A DNA stretch of 64,000 nucleotides, from contig NW_027266297.1 in the NCBI RefSeq assembly GCF_022045235.1, forward strand, positions 1,798,001 through 1,862,000, read 5' to 3'. Under the pieces are notes generated by a model. That model had not been told where the DNA came from. It did not search any database and was given only the letters and a program-made list of their open reading frames with translations. Shown here piece by piece: positions 38,750-51,800 of the stretch (the stretch's first letter is position 1; each line of letters starts with the position of its first letter). Made by a program: the position numbers and the translations under genes. Source of the stretch: Haliotis cracherodii. Lineage: Eukaryota.

Positions 38750-39770
38750 ATTTACATCACAAGTATCTATCACAATAAACAATAGCGACTGCATCAATTC
38801 GTTTCCAGCTGATTTAAATAAAGGACATTCAATGAAAACATGCTATAAATGTTCACATGGGCTACCACATCGGCATTTAGGATCCTCGTTTAAACCTTTT
38901 CTAACTAAGTCAGTTATTAATTCACTGTCATAATATTTTAATTTTGGATTTATTATCTTAATTTTCCCTAGACCATATGAGAACTATGATGGAACTGTAG
39001 ATTTATCAGTTCCTAAACTGGATTTAAATCGAGAGAAGGTTTCAAATATTCCTTTGCTGAATAGAAAATATATTCCACAATTTAAGAGCGGATGGTATAA
39101 ACGAGGAGTCAGATAACTTAGAACGGAATAAAGGCATAGTTATATTGTGAGCAGTTCTAAGGTTGTATGTGACGTTTGTCCCGACAGAGTGAGGTACTAG
39201 ATCTTTAAGGTATAAAGGTGTCATATTGTAATATATTTTATAAAATAAATACAATTTACGTTTCCTCCTACGCTCTGACAGGGCTGCCAGGAAGTTTCGA
39301 AATATAATGTTTTGACAGAAGTATAGGTTTGTAAACCAGTTACAATTCTTGCTGCTTCTAGTTGGAGTTTTTCTAATCTGTCACTCTGCTCTTTTGTACA
39401 ACCGTCTCAAACTTCACATGCATATTCAAAATGCGGTCGAATAAACATTACATAAATCTTATTCAACACACTACGACGGAGGATAAACTTAATCTTGCTT
39501 ATTGAATGACTCATCTTTGATGTAGTTTTAATAACTGAATCAATATGACCTGACCACTTCCCCGATGCCAACAATATCAGACCCATTTCACAGTTCTCTG
39601 CGGCTCCTTTGTGGAAACAAGAATTGATTTTGTTTTGCTCGGATTATATTGAATTGCTATTCATAGTAGTTTCTATATATTCAATGCTATTAGATTTTAT
39701 GCCCAGGGATGTGTCATCGGCAAATAATCTTGTTGAACACTTCAATGTTTCAGTAATATAATTTATGTAC
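38750..39770 (-). mobile_element. CR1-like LINE RT 3' fragment
   Basis: LFADDTSL, RPHFEYACEV, LEKLQLEAARIVTG and SFIPSALKLWN. Confidence 0.85.
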
Positions 39771-40052
39771 TCGACCCGTGAAGATTCCGGGGTAGAATTA
39801 GTCTTCAGGAACCCATGCTTGCCGTAAAAGGTGACTATGCTTGTCGTAAAAGGCGACTAACGGGATCGGGTGGTCAGGCTCGCTGACTTGGTTGATGCAT
39901 GTCATCGATCCCAACTGTGTGGATCGATGCTCATGATATTAATCACTGGATTGTCTGGTCCAGACTCGATTATTTACAGACCGCCGTCATATAGCTTGAA
40001 TATTGCTGAGTGCGGCGGTAAACAACAAACCAACAACCAACAACCAACAAAC
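39771..40052 (+). mobile_element. SINE-like family B, full length
   Basis: 10-bp TSD ATTTATGTAC (39761-70, 40053-62); inserted into the CR1 fragment; (CAAC)n-type tail. Confidence 0.88.
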
Positions 40053-41951
40053 ATTTATGTACACAAGGAACAAGACATATTGCTGATGCGACGAAAAACT
40101 ATGTGTCTTCATTCATTCATTCATTCACTCCTCACGCCCGAACCAACATGGGCACAATGTGAGAAATCCCACTTGAATGTCCCCGACTCTGATATTGCTG
40201 AAAAAAAATCTACTAAACATCACTTACTTTTCTTTGCACTATTAATCACACCTCTTATTAGACAAAAATGATGTTATGTACAAGACAAAATGACATTCGG
40301 ATTTACTGTAACAAGACAAGAAAATATGGAAATAGAAGACAATATTCTAAAACTATTTGCAGTTTTTTGTTGTTAATAATGTGAATCGACCCTATATCAG
40401 GACAAATGACTCAAGCTACTGAGTTATGGTGACATGTATTCAAGCACATGTAACCTCCCAATTTGACCGACACTATAGCACCATAAAAGTGTGTCTACAA
40501 AAGGTTGCATGCCCCAATTTATTTTCTTTCTAGAGGACCGTTTGATTAGGAGCATCTATGTGTTAGCTTATTGTCGCACATTAAAGTGTCAGGGGACATA
40601 GCCTTTCGTTATATAAGTACGCATTTCCTATTCTTTCAAAGTTTGAATGGGCATTTCCGAAAACTTGCTGGTACATCGGCCAATTTATTCAACTTTACGG
40701 TTACACAAACAGGATACTATAATTGTGTCTATGAACGGCCGTCCGAATACTGGAAGTAGGTCTGAGTAGGCACATGGACTTGTATCAGATGGGATGTGAA
40801 GTCAACGACGTATATGTGTCAGACGTGTGTAGGTCTCACAAATAAAGTGAAATAATATCACCTCTTTATAAATGTATGTATTGTTTTTTGCACTGATACA
40901 CATACAGAATTGTAGTAATAAAATTGCATGGAATAGTTTTATGGTATTTTTGGATAAAAACAATGTATTATCTGACTTTTCTCAGAGTTAACCAAATGAT
41001 GTGTAAATATGGTTTAACGTCACGTTCAATGTGTCATATCGGTAGTATTGCGGCCATTTTTCAAAAGGATATAACGTGTTGAGTGTGTGGATATCGAGAC
41101 CCAGGTAGCATTGTGCTGCTATTTTTTATATTCGTGTCACGATCCTTTGTAAAATATCTTGTAGTACACTGGAACAAACTAACAGCTAAATTGAACCATA
41201 CATTCAAGACATAATGTAGTGTTACCCGCAGGAGAGAGGGGTATTCGTGCAATTATATTCAGTATTTCTGACTGAGCATGATACATACTTTTTCCCGTGT
41301 ATTAGCTAGTTCTTGCTGTTTCCGTTATTTGCGAAACGTCCTTTAGAAACGTGTCATGATACCAGTATGATGTCGCAAGTGTTTACATATGACGTCATCA
41401 AATGGCATGACGCCACCGTCGGTTTTATATAACGTTCTGAATGGATTGACTGAGCTAATGTAACCACTTGTGATAAATTGGGTAATATATGGAATAAACT
41501 ACTAGCAGTTATTATCTATAATAATAGAACATAATTCTGAGGTTCATAACAGCCGTTGGCTGATGGGTTATTCTAAACAATTATAATAGTGTAACCTTTA
41601 TGTCAAGGATAGGTAATGTCTCTCAAACGTATACACATACAGTGCGTTATTGTTCAACAAAAGTAACCGATTTTCTAATAATGTTTATACTGCAAATCCC
41701 AACACAAATGGTAGACGCTCTGGTCCCTGACATAAGTTGCTAGTTACTCTGAGTACGCAAACACAGCGTAGGGGTGTGAAAGGTATTTGGACAGTCTTGT
41801 TCCTATATGCTGTTTTAGAGTAGATTTCGTGTATAAACTTTATCTTCTGAAAGTTAAGGGGTCGATCGAATATGGGAAAGGAAAACCGACCAATGTCAAT
41901 GTTTATTTACACAACATTGACAACATTTCAGTGCGTTCCATTACTTTATCT

Positions 41952-42206
41952 TTGTGTGTATGTTTAACGCCGCACTCAGCAATATTCCAGTCATATGAAG
42001 GCGATATGTAAATAATCGAATCTGGACCAGACAATCCAGTGATTGACATCAAGAGCATCCATGTAATTTGGATCGATAACATGCATCAACCAAGTCAGCA
42101 AACCTGACGACCCGATCCCCTTTGTCGCCTCTTACAACAAGCATTGTCGCCTGTTACGGCGAGCATGGGTTCCTGAAGACTTATTCTAACCCGGATCTTC
42201 ACGGGT
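41952..42206 (-). mobile_element. SINE-like family B, full length
   Basis: Perfect 12-bp TSD ATTACTTTATCT (41940-51, 42207-18). Confidence 0.88.
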
Positions 42207-42705
42207 ATTACTTTATCTACATACATGGTATTCGCAATGACATTATCTATCCCTATACCTGCTTTGTCGATAAAACAAATTCAGATATATGGAACTGAAT
42301 GCGTTTTAAACAGATCTTGAAAAAAACACCTTTAGCCTGAAGTGTTTTTCCAAAACGAATATATGTATAGAAAGCTTTTTAGAAAACAATCAAGAGCGTC
42401 ACGAAGTGGATGAAAATGCGCATGTACTTCAGATTAAAACTGTATTATTGCAGTCAGTAAAATGTGAACACATATCATTATCCAAGTAGCATATGTTCTA
42501 AACGGCCAATGTATTCACCATATACACAATAGAATCACATGTATTTATTCAAACTTCTAGCCAAAAATGTTATGTTCTAAATTCACAGAATTGGTACAAA
42601 TCAACACAGAGTTATAATAAATTTCAGAATTTGGAAATCAAAAGAATTGTGTGTTAATATGAAACTGGAAGGTTTAACTCTTACTGACATCGTGAGTTGT
42701 CACTT

Positions 42706-42715
42706 GGGACTTTCC
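42706..42715 (+). promoter_or_regulatory. Canonical NF-kB (kappaB) site GGGACTTTCC upstream of gene 2
   Basis: Exact classical kB decamer ~180 bp before the ATG. Confidence 0.55.
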
Positions 42716-42893
42716 ACAAGAGCTATGTTCTCTCCTTGTCCCCACTTCGTCCCACGTGGTTTATGTCCAATGCAACAAGTGGGATAGTGTAAAGTGTAAG
42801 CGATGTCAGGCCACCACAACCAGTCTGTCACTATCGCCTGTTGTAGTAATAATTAGTAGTACACGTTCTGTACGAACTTTATTCACACCAATA

Positions 42894-45800
42894 ATGACTG
42901 TGCTGTGCGGCGCAGTGTTACTTATGGCTTTTGTCAGTCTCTCAGCAGGTAAGCTTAATTTGTTTCGATCCAATTGTATATATATACATACGCCTATGNN
43001 NNNNNNNNNNNNNNNNNNNNNNNNNNNNNNNNNNNNNNNNNNNNNNNNNNNNNNNNNNNNNNNNNNNNNNNNNNNNNNNNNNNNNNNNNNNNNNNNNNNN
43101 NNNNNNNNNNNNNNNNNNNNNNNNNNNNNNNNNNNNNNNNTAATTCTACATTCCTGGGGTGACACTCTGGATATCCCTTGCACGAATTCTTACAAAGGCG
43201 TTGTGTCTGATCATTAGATCCTTTAAACTGGAACTGAGCATACATCGAAAGACACCAGAGAGTTTGACTGCACGTTCGTTCACGAATATCCCCACTACGA
43301 CCCATCCCAGTGAAAAATCGTAGAAATGTTCATCAACTGTCGTAGTATCGACTCGATAAATGTCTCGACTGACAGTTACTTTCCACAGCAGTCTTTGACT
43401 TTACCTTTATATCTATTTTACACGTCTCTATAATGATCGGTCAACTGATGAGTGATGACTAACACATGTAACCGCCACAGGTTCATTAACAAATTCGGAA
43501 ATCTCTCCCGTCACGGTTATGGTGTCGGCCATTTTGACGTCTTGTACTTGATATGAATGTAGTACGACGCGCTGTCATTGTGACTGACTTGCGGGGGTAC
43601 TTCTTAACACACCTTTTTCTATGATGATTCTATTTTAATACATACACTGTACCTTGTGAACAAACTACAACAAATATTCCTGTAAATCAATTTCAGCATA
43701 CATACGCTAATGTCATCTCTCTTTGTGGGGAACTATTTTGTTCCGCGACACAGCTGGTTGTTGTATGGCTGTTCCTTTTTTTTTGTTCTTTTTTTGTTTG
43801 TTTGTTTGTTCTTTAACGCCGCACGCAGCAATATTCCGGCTGTGGTCTGTGGTTCCGACGGTGGTCTGTAAATAATCGAGTCTGAACCGGACAATCCGGC
43901 TGTTCCTGGAAACAAGTCACACGTTAATTTTGGTGCTTGATCGCCAGCGCTATAAAATAGGGTTATAAAAAATTATAAGAATTGACTTTTCACTTTGTGT
44001 GAGTTCATTGGAGTGAAGGTCAAACATTGTATGAACGTCGAAGCAGTTTGGCCGTGAGTCTATGAACGTTCATAGTCCATAAACTCACACAAAGTGAAAG
44101 TTAATTATAAGATATATGACCTCATTAGAGCAGAACAAATCCTTTTCTGGGGCTCGAACCTCCATGTTGGTGCTCAGAATGACAAACAAACCCTTTAACC
44201 ACTAGGCTACATAAAAAATAAGGGTAAGCCTTTTACCTTTCTGGAAGTTTTTGGCACATTTAGAAAAATGAAGTTGTATATGTCTCGATATTTAATTTTC
44301 ACTGGATATAATAGTGTATCATTTTATTTAGCATTAGAGATATAATATTCATTTCATTTGCACTACAAACTTCGGGGGACTTTATAGACGAGAGGAGATT
44401 TTAATTAACAGAGTCCTTTCGGTTAATGTCAGTGTGGTACAAGAAACTTGTGGTTTAACGGCGCTTTGAACAGTACTGTAGTCATCTCATGGCGTGTCAG
44501 ATTTATGATGCAAGCCTAATAAAGCAAAATATCGTTTTTGCAATAGAGTGTATTACATATTCATGTCTGCGTTGAGAGGTTGCCCGTGGCGGGGAATACT
44601 AAGAAAGCCGCCTTAATTCCAATGCAGATGTTTGGGTTTATAACATTGTGGTCCACATGTGCATTTTAAGAAACAAAACAACTCCATATCTGCTACTTCC
44701 ACGGAAGAGCTATTGGTGGCACATGGGTAAGCATGTGTGCTTTGTTTGATCTTGTCAACTACTACTCAGTCAGTACCCTCTGATACAGGTAAAGGGCAAA
44801 ACATTGCTCTGAACAAACCAGCATGGATGAGCACATCCTGGCAAAACTGCACTGCCAGTAAAGCTGTAGACGGAGTTATAAATACAAAGGCCTGGTGGAT
44901 GTCAGTTCATACTGATGTGTACCAACCATCAGCTTGGTGGAAGGTGGATCTGCAGAGCGAAGTACGGTCACCTCAAGTACTTATCTATTTCCGAAGCGAC
45001 TGTAAGTATTTTTAAATGTGTATACTAGTATTCCACATGTAATATTTCCCATAATAATATCAAGTAAAACTTAATGTATACATCGCATACAACACTTCGC
45101 GACTCGCATATCGAGACCAGGACCCTCATAACAGTATTGACGTGCAACAATCAGAACAAACTGTATTTGTTAGCTTTGCAAGTGGACAAATAGCTGTGCC
45201 TTTATGAGATATTATCGTACTTGATGGCGCACATCCTTAGCGAGTTTCTGACTGCAGATTACAAAAAGAAAATCTAACGGACAAGACGAAGCAGTCAGGA
45301 TGTATGAGCTGCCGCTGCAGGAGGACTTGAACAATATCTTCTATTTAAAGCATAAGATAGCTGTATGGTGTTGTTTGGCGACTGACTACAAGTGCCAGCA
45401 TTAGAATGTACGTTCATCATCATCGAGGTTATGCATAGCGCCAGTGAAGTCGGTCAAGGTATATCCGTTGTCTTCAAATAAAAAAAATAATTCAAAAGCC
45501 CAAAGTTTATACACCACCTGTAAATTCACCAAAGGTATCGAGGATACATGTACACATCATTGGCGATATCAGGATTTTATTTACTCACGGAAATGACGAA
45601 GGTAAATGTTATATCAGTTGAATAAGCAAAGATAAGTTTCATCAAAATAACTGATAGTATATACAGTGTCCACGAAATACTTGAAGGTATAAACAGTGTC
45701 CACGGCGTAACGGTAGGTATATGCAGTGTCTACAGAGTAACTGAAGGTATATGCAGTGTCAACGTAGTAACTGAATGTATATGCAGTGTCCACAGAGTAA

Positions 45801-48800
45801 ATGAAGGTATATTCAGGGTCTCCGGAGTAACGGTAGGTATATGCAGTGTCTACAGAGTAACTGAAGGGATATGCAGTGTCCACGGAGTAACTGAATGTAT
45901 ATGCAGTGTTCACGGAGTAACTGAAGGTATATGCAGTGTCCACAAAGTAACTGAAAGTATATGCAGTGTTTACGGAGTAACTGAAAGTATATACAGTGTC
46001 CACGGACTAACTGAAAGTATATGCAGTGTTTACGGAGTAACTGAAGGTATATGCAGTGTCCACGGAGTAACTGAAGGTATATGCAGTGTTCGCGAAGTAA
46101 ATGAAGGTGTACACAATCTGCAGTAAGTAGTGGAGCCGTTTCGTGACAGATATTGGGTCAATTGTGCACTTTGTGATGAAAGCATGTCCCTGTCTGGCAG
46201 CAAATCAGGACCCGGTCTGGCAGCATTAGACCTGTGCATAAAGAGTCTTGTGTCACTCTCTCCATGAGAATATGGATGTAGATCATTGACAACATCTCAC
46301 CCTTTGTTACATAGAACCATTTTGCCGCAAGTCTTTAAAATCTTTTCCCCCGAATTCTAATGAAATAACTTGTTCAAGTCAAGAACTTTAACAGTTCTCT
46401 CTTGTTCTCGTCAGTTCTTAGAGATGCCTACCATGTGTGAAAATATTTGCTGTGAGCAATCAACAAACTTCTTAACATATGGGAGATATGCCGAAAAAGT
46501 AAGAGATGCATATTATGTTTTTCTCACTTTAGATTACCTAAAGCAACATAAATAGTCTATTGTCATAGATGTATTTACTTTACAGATGTAGTGTTGGGTA
46601 AATACGTTCCAACATGTTCATGTTTCTTTATATATTTAGGTTGTGAGTCAGGCTCAAACGAGATATACTAGAAAATTTCATTACACCATAGCGGCCATAT
46701 TGATTTGTGTTTGGGTGGCCCCATATCTGAACATATTTGGAATGTCATTACGTACGTGATGGAATATATACAGCGTCCATGTACCCAAGTGTCAATGAAA
46801 GTAAACCTGGTATGAAGACTCACTGCTCATTGCAGCAGTTAATAATAAGTCACTGATCATGTAGTCATTAAACGCACATTATTGACGAATGAATTGAAGT
46901 CATGTGCACCGTAAAATCATTAGTCTTAAATTGCCATGTATGTTTAAGTATCATGCATGATAACACTCGGTCATTGCACGCATAAAATTCCATTAAGAAA
47001 GACAATCGTAAGACATTTACGGTACACTTGAGACGGAGTGAATATGGTTTAACTGTGGAAAGCAACCTTGCTGACGACAAACCCTCGGTCAAGACAGGTC
47101 AAGACAACATCATTTTGGGGTTGAGGCTACAAGACTGAAGGTTACTCCTCTTCACAGATTACTCCGGGTTAGGAGCGCTCTATTGGTCATCGATGACAGG
47201 TGTATGGTACGGTGACGCAATTATCCATCCTCACATCTTTCCATTCCTTCAGACCCATTGACGTTACATCGCTGGACATGGACAAGTCATGGTTTTTTGT
47301 TTGTTTTTCAAAGCCGCACTCAGCAATGTTCCAGCTATATGTCGGCGGTCTGTAAATAATCGAGTCTTGACCAGACAATCCAGTGATTGAAATCATGAGC
47401 ATCGATCCACGTAATTGAGATCGATGACATACATCAACCATGTCAGCGGGCCAGACCACCCGATCCCGTTAGTCGCCTCTTACGACAAATATAGTCGGCA
47501 AGTATGGTTTGCTGAAGACCTATTCTACCCTGGGATGGACACATGGATATCAATATATTTTTCTGTTGCATATTGTTCTGTTTCTTTCTTTGCATTTATT
47601 TATAATTGTCCACGATAGTCAGTGTTACAAAGGTTGTTATTACCGCTCTATATAACTTATATATATTTCTTTCAAGACAAGCTTCGACGTAACGGAGTAC
47701 AGTTCTACACGTCAGTGACAAATTCATCTGATCCTAAAGAGGGCGATTTATGTTATACGGTCAGAGGACAGCAAAGTGGCGCGGACATCCCTGACGTACT
47801 GAATGTGACCTGTCCTGGAGCCTGGCGCTACCTGACTGTCTACACAGAGACAGGAAATGATAAGCATGGCCCTATCCTAGACTTTGCCGAGATACAGGTG
47901 TGGAAGGAAAATATCGAAACGAGCGATGATGGTCAGGAGACTCTCTCACAGACTACAACGTCAGTTGTGTTGAGTAAATATAGTTTGCTTCTGTTTTAAA
48001 ATATGTTTAACAAAACGTATATATCCGCCTGGTATTTTGTTACATACTCACATATATGTAGTTTTATCTGGAATAATTCATTACAATTTAGAAACAACAT
48101 TTCATTTTTGTTCATCTCATTTGCAGATTTTTAAATATCTAGCCACATGCAAAATACACATACATGTATCACGACACAACAATAAATGGAGACTTACTAA
48201 CGGATAAGGATTGTCTGATCACGCCTTGTCGAGATGGGATCAATATAAGAGATCAACATCAACAAAAGTGGTGACTTTGTGAATAATTGTTTATTGAAGA
48301 CGAGTCCACGTCAAGGATTCCTTAAAATGCTATTTGCTAAAACAACCGTTATTATTTTAGTATTGCATGTCCAGTGGTCAAGTTCACTTCAAACTGATTA
48401 TAATTAATACAATAGTTTAGAAATCGACCTTTACCAAGTGCACCATCAACACATATGGCATACCCAGGTATATAAGTTGTTGCAGACAGATCTTAAAAAA
48501 CACTGATATACTGGGAAAGTTATGTGTTTCTGAACTGTATTGATTGCTTTCTCTGATTCTTTTCAAGCACCAAGTGTCATGCCATTAACCACAGAACATG
48601 AATGTGGAGCAGGAGAATGGTATGGAACCAATTGTATGAAGTCATGTGCTGACCGTCAATGTAAGCGTGTGTCCAACTGTGATGTGATGCAAGGGAGGTG
48701 TGATGGTGGATGCATGGCTGGATGGTATGGAACAGACTGTACACAGGGTAAGAGTGTTCGGTTATTATCTGTTTTACCGTAGGAGACGTGTCCACAAAAT

Positions 48801-51800
48801 GGTTTACAGGACTCCATTGTGCCAATAAGCCAACACAGGGTGGCAGCTGGGTATATGTCAACAAGGTGGAGTTAAGACATCCATTGTGTCAGTCGACCAA
48901 CATAGGGTGCCAGCTGGGTAAATGTCAACAAGGTTGGGTTACGACATCAATTGTGTCAGTCAACCAACATAGGGTTGCAGCTGGGAGTGTGTCAACAAGG
49001 TGGGGTTACGACATCCATTGTGTCAGTCGACCAACATAGGGTGGCAGCTGGGTAAATGTCAACAAGGTGGGGTTACGACATCCATTGTGTCAGTCGACCA
49101 ACATAGGGTGGCAGCAGGGTAAATGTCAACAAGTTTGGGTTACGACACCCATTGTGTCAGTCGACCAACATAGGGTGGCAGCTGGGTGCGTGTCAACAAG
49201 GTGGGGTTCAGACATCCATTGCGTCAGTCGACCAACATAGGGTGGCGGCTGGGTGCGTGTCAACAAGGTTGGGTTACGACACCCATTGTGTCAGTCGACC
49301 AACATAGGGTTGCAGCTGGGTAAATGTCAACAAGTAGGGGTTCAGACACCCATTGTGTCAGTCGACCAACATAGGGTGGCAGCTGGGTATATGTCAACAA
49401 GGTGGGGTTCAGACATCCATTGTGTCAGTCGACAAACATAGGGTGGCGGTTGGGTAAATGTCAACAAGGTGGGGTTACGACACCCATTGTTTCAGTCGAC
49501 CAACATAGGGTGGCAGCTTGGTAAATGTCAACAAGTAGGGGTTCAGACACCCATTGTGTCAGTCGACCAACATAGGGTGGCAGCTGGGAGTGCGTCAACA
49601 AGGTGGGGTTCAGACACCCATTGTGTCAGTCGACCAACATAGGGTGGCAGCTGGGTGCGTGTCAACAAGGTGGGGTTACGACACCCATTGTGTCAGTCGA
49701 CCAACATAGGGTGCCAGCTGGGAGTGCGTCAACAAGGTGGGGTTCAGACACCCATTGTGTCAGTCGACCAACATAGGGTGGCAGCTGGGAGTGTATCAAC
49801 AAGGTGGGGTTCAGACACCCATTGTGTCAGTCGACCAACATAGGGTGGCAGCTGGGTGCGTGTCAACAAGGTGGGGTTCAGACATCCATTGTGTCAGTCG
49901 ACCAACATAGGGTTGCAGCTGGGTATATGTCAACAAGGTGGGGTTACGACATCAATTGTGTCAGTCGACCAACATAGGGGGGCAGCTGGGAGTGTGTCAA
50001 CAAGGTGGGGTTCAGACACCCATTGTGTCAGTCGACCAACATAGGGTGGCAGCTGGGTGCGTGTCAACAAGGTGGGGTTCAGACATCCATTGTGTCAGTC
50101 GACCAACATAGGGTGGCAGCTGGATGCGTGTCAACAAGGTGGGGTTCAGACACCCATTGTGTCAGTCGACCAACATAGGGCTGCAGCTGGGTATATGTCA
50201 ACAAGGTGGGGTTACGACATCAATTGTGTCAACAAGCCAACAATTGTGTCAAAAAGCCAACAAAGCTGGGAGTGTGTCAACAAGGTGGGGTACAAACCAA
50301 CATCGTGTAAAAAGGCCAGTATGTATATGTATCAACAACGTGGGGTTTTAAGACCTCGATGTTGTAAATAAGCCAATCTAGAGTGTCAGATGGATGTGTA
50401 TCAACAACGTGGGTTTTTAAGACCTCGATGTTGCAAATAAGCTGTTATATCTGTCGTTCATTGGACATGTATGATGTTGTGCAAATTAATGTTCATCCTT
50501 TCAGAGAAAACAACTGTCTATCGAAAAGTGTAGCAGGGCAACAAATACGAACTAACGTCTGTTTTGTACGTGGTGCCATTGTAAATATGATATCCGATTA
50601 CCCTTCATGCAGACAAACCGGCCAATAGTTAGTTGCTCTCTTGTGTATACACTTTGATTTACATCAGTAATGCAGCCATACTTCAGTCATACACATAACG
50701 TAAGTAGCCATGAAACTATATTTGAACCAATGCAGAAGTTAGTGCATGTATCCATAAAATGTGTTCTTGCCTTTAACGCAGTTGAAAAGACGTCATTTAT
50801 ATACATGCTCATCTTTGTGTACAGAATGCTTCCAGGGACTGGAATATGGAGCTAATTGTGTGGGTAACTGTAGTAGCCGAATGTGCGAGGGAGGGTCAGT
50901 CTCCTGTCCCCGGGATACGGGCCGATGTGAGTTAGGCTGTCAGTCGGGATGGACGGGAGAAGACTGCATCAAAGGTAAAAGGACAGCTTATATAAGACTG
51001 TATATTACCTTTAACATGACACATGTTCAATGAAGACAGTAAAACTGATATCATGGTATTTCTCTTTTATGAAGAGTATCTTACTAATTATTTGGAATGT
51101 AACATGTCTGAAGGCAGATGTTGTACCACGCTAAAAATGCTTATATTATGCTTACCTCAAGGTTTCACACTGACCATAGGATGGATGACTAGCCCCATGC
51201 TAGCTGGTAGCACCAGTAAATACTTCAATGTGATCACTCATAGCACATGCCTTTCTCTGTGCGAAGATCGGAATAAACATATTTTTTCCTATATAATATC
51301 ACTTCTCCACAATGATGAAAAAAACAAGTAATGATATACGTTTAGATGGTGTTCATTGTTTATATGTCATTGCGGTGACACTTTGAAAGCCTCATCAGAA
51401 TCAGGGACATGAGAACAAAATTGGCATGAATATTTAATTTTGACCCTTCATTTTAACAGTTGGCTGTTTGAGACAGAATGCTTCACTACATTATTGTATT
51501 ATTATACTTGGACCACTTGCAAGAACGCCTTCAAGCATTATTCCAAGCATTGTTCAAGTATAGCCTTGTACACAAGTCTCTTGGACTCTGTATGAATGTC
51601 GTGCGATCTACATGTGTGTGATTATCCGTTATTAGCAACTTAGGAATAAGTTTATATACCATAACGGTTTCGTCCTGTTTTTGGTTTTTTTTGCGGTTCA
51701 CATTCCAATGTTTATTTTTTTCAGAATTAAGTACATGCACCCTCTCCCCCAACAATATCAGTGTTCTTGATATCATTGTGGGCATAATGGTGGGCGTGCT

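Noticed and set aside
43440-43480. CTGATGA hammerhead-like motif (also at ~51392 and ~11205 on minus)
   Set aside because: No stem II/GAAA arrangement follows.
45614-46003. ORF of DTAYTFSYSV repeats
   Set aside because: Translation of a 30-bp intronic minisatellite; no splice or start support.
48815-50300. Regular 67-bp array resembling a CRISPR array
   Set aside because: No unique spacers, no cas genes and a eukaryotic intron context; a plain minisatellite.
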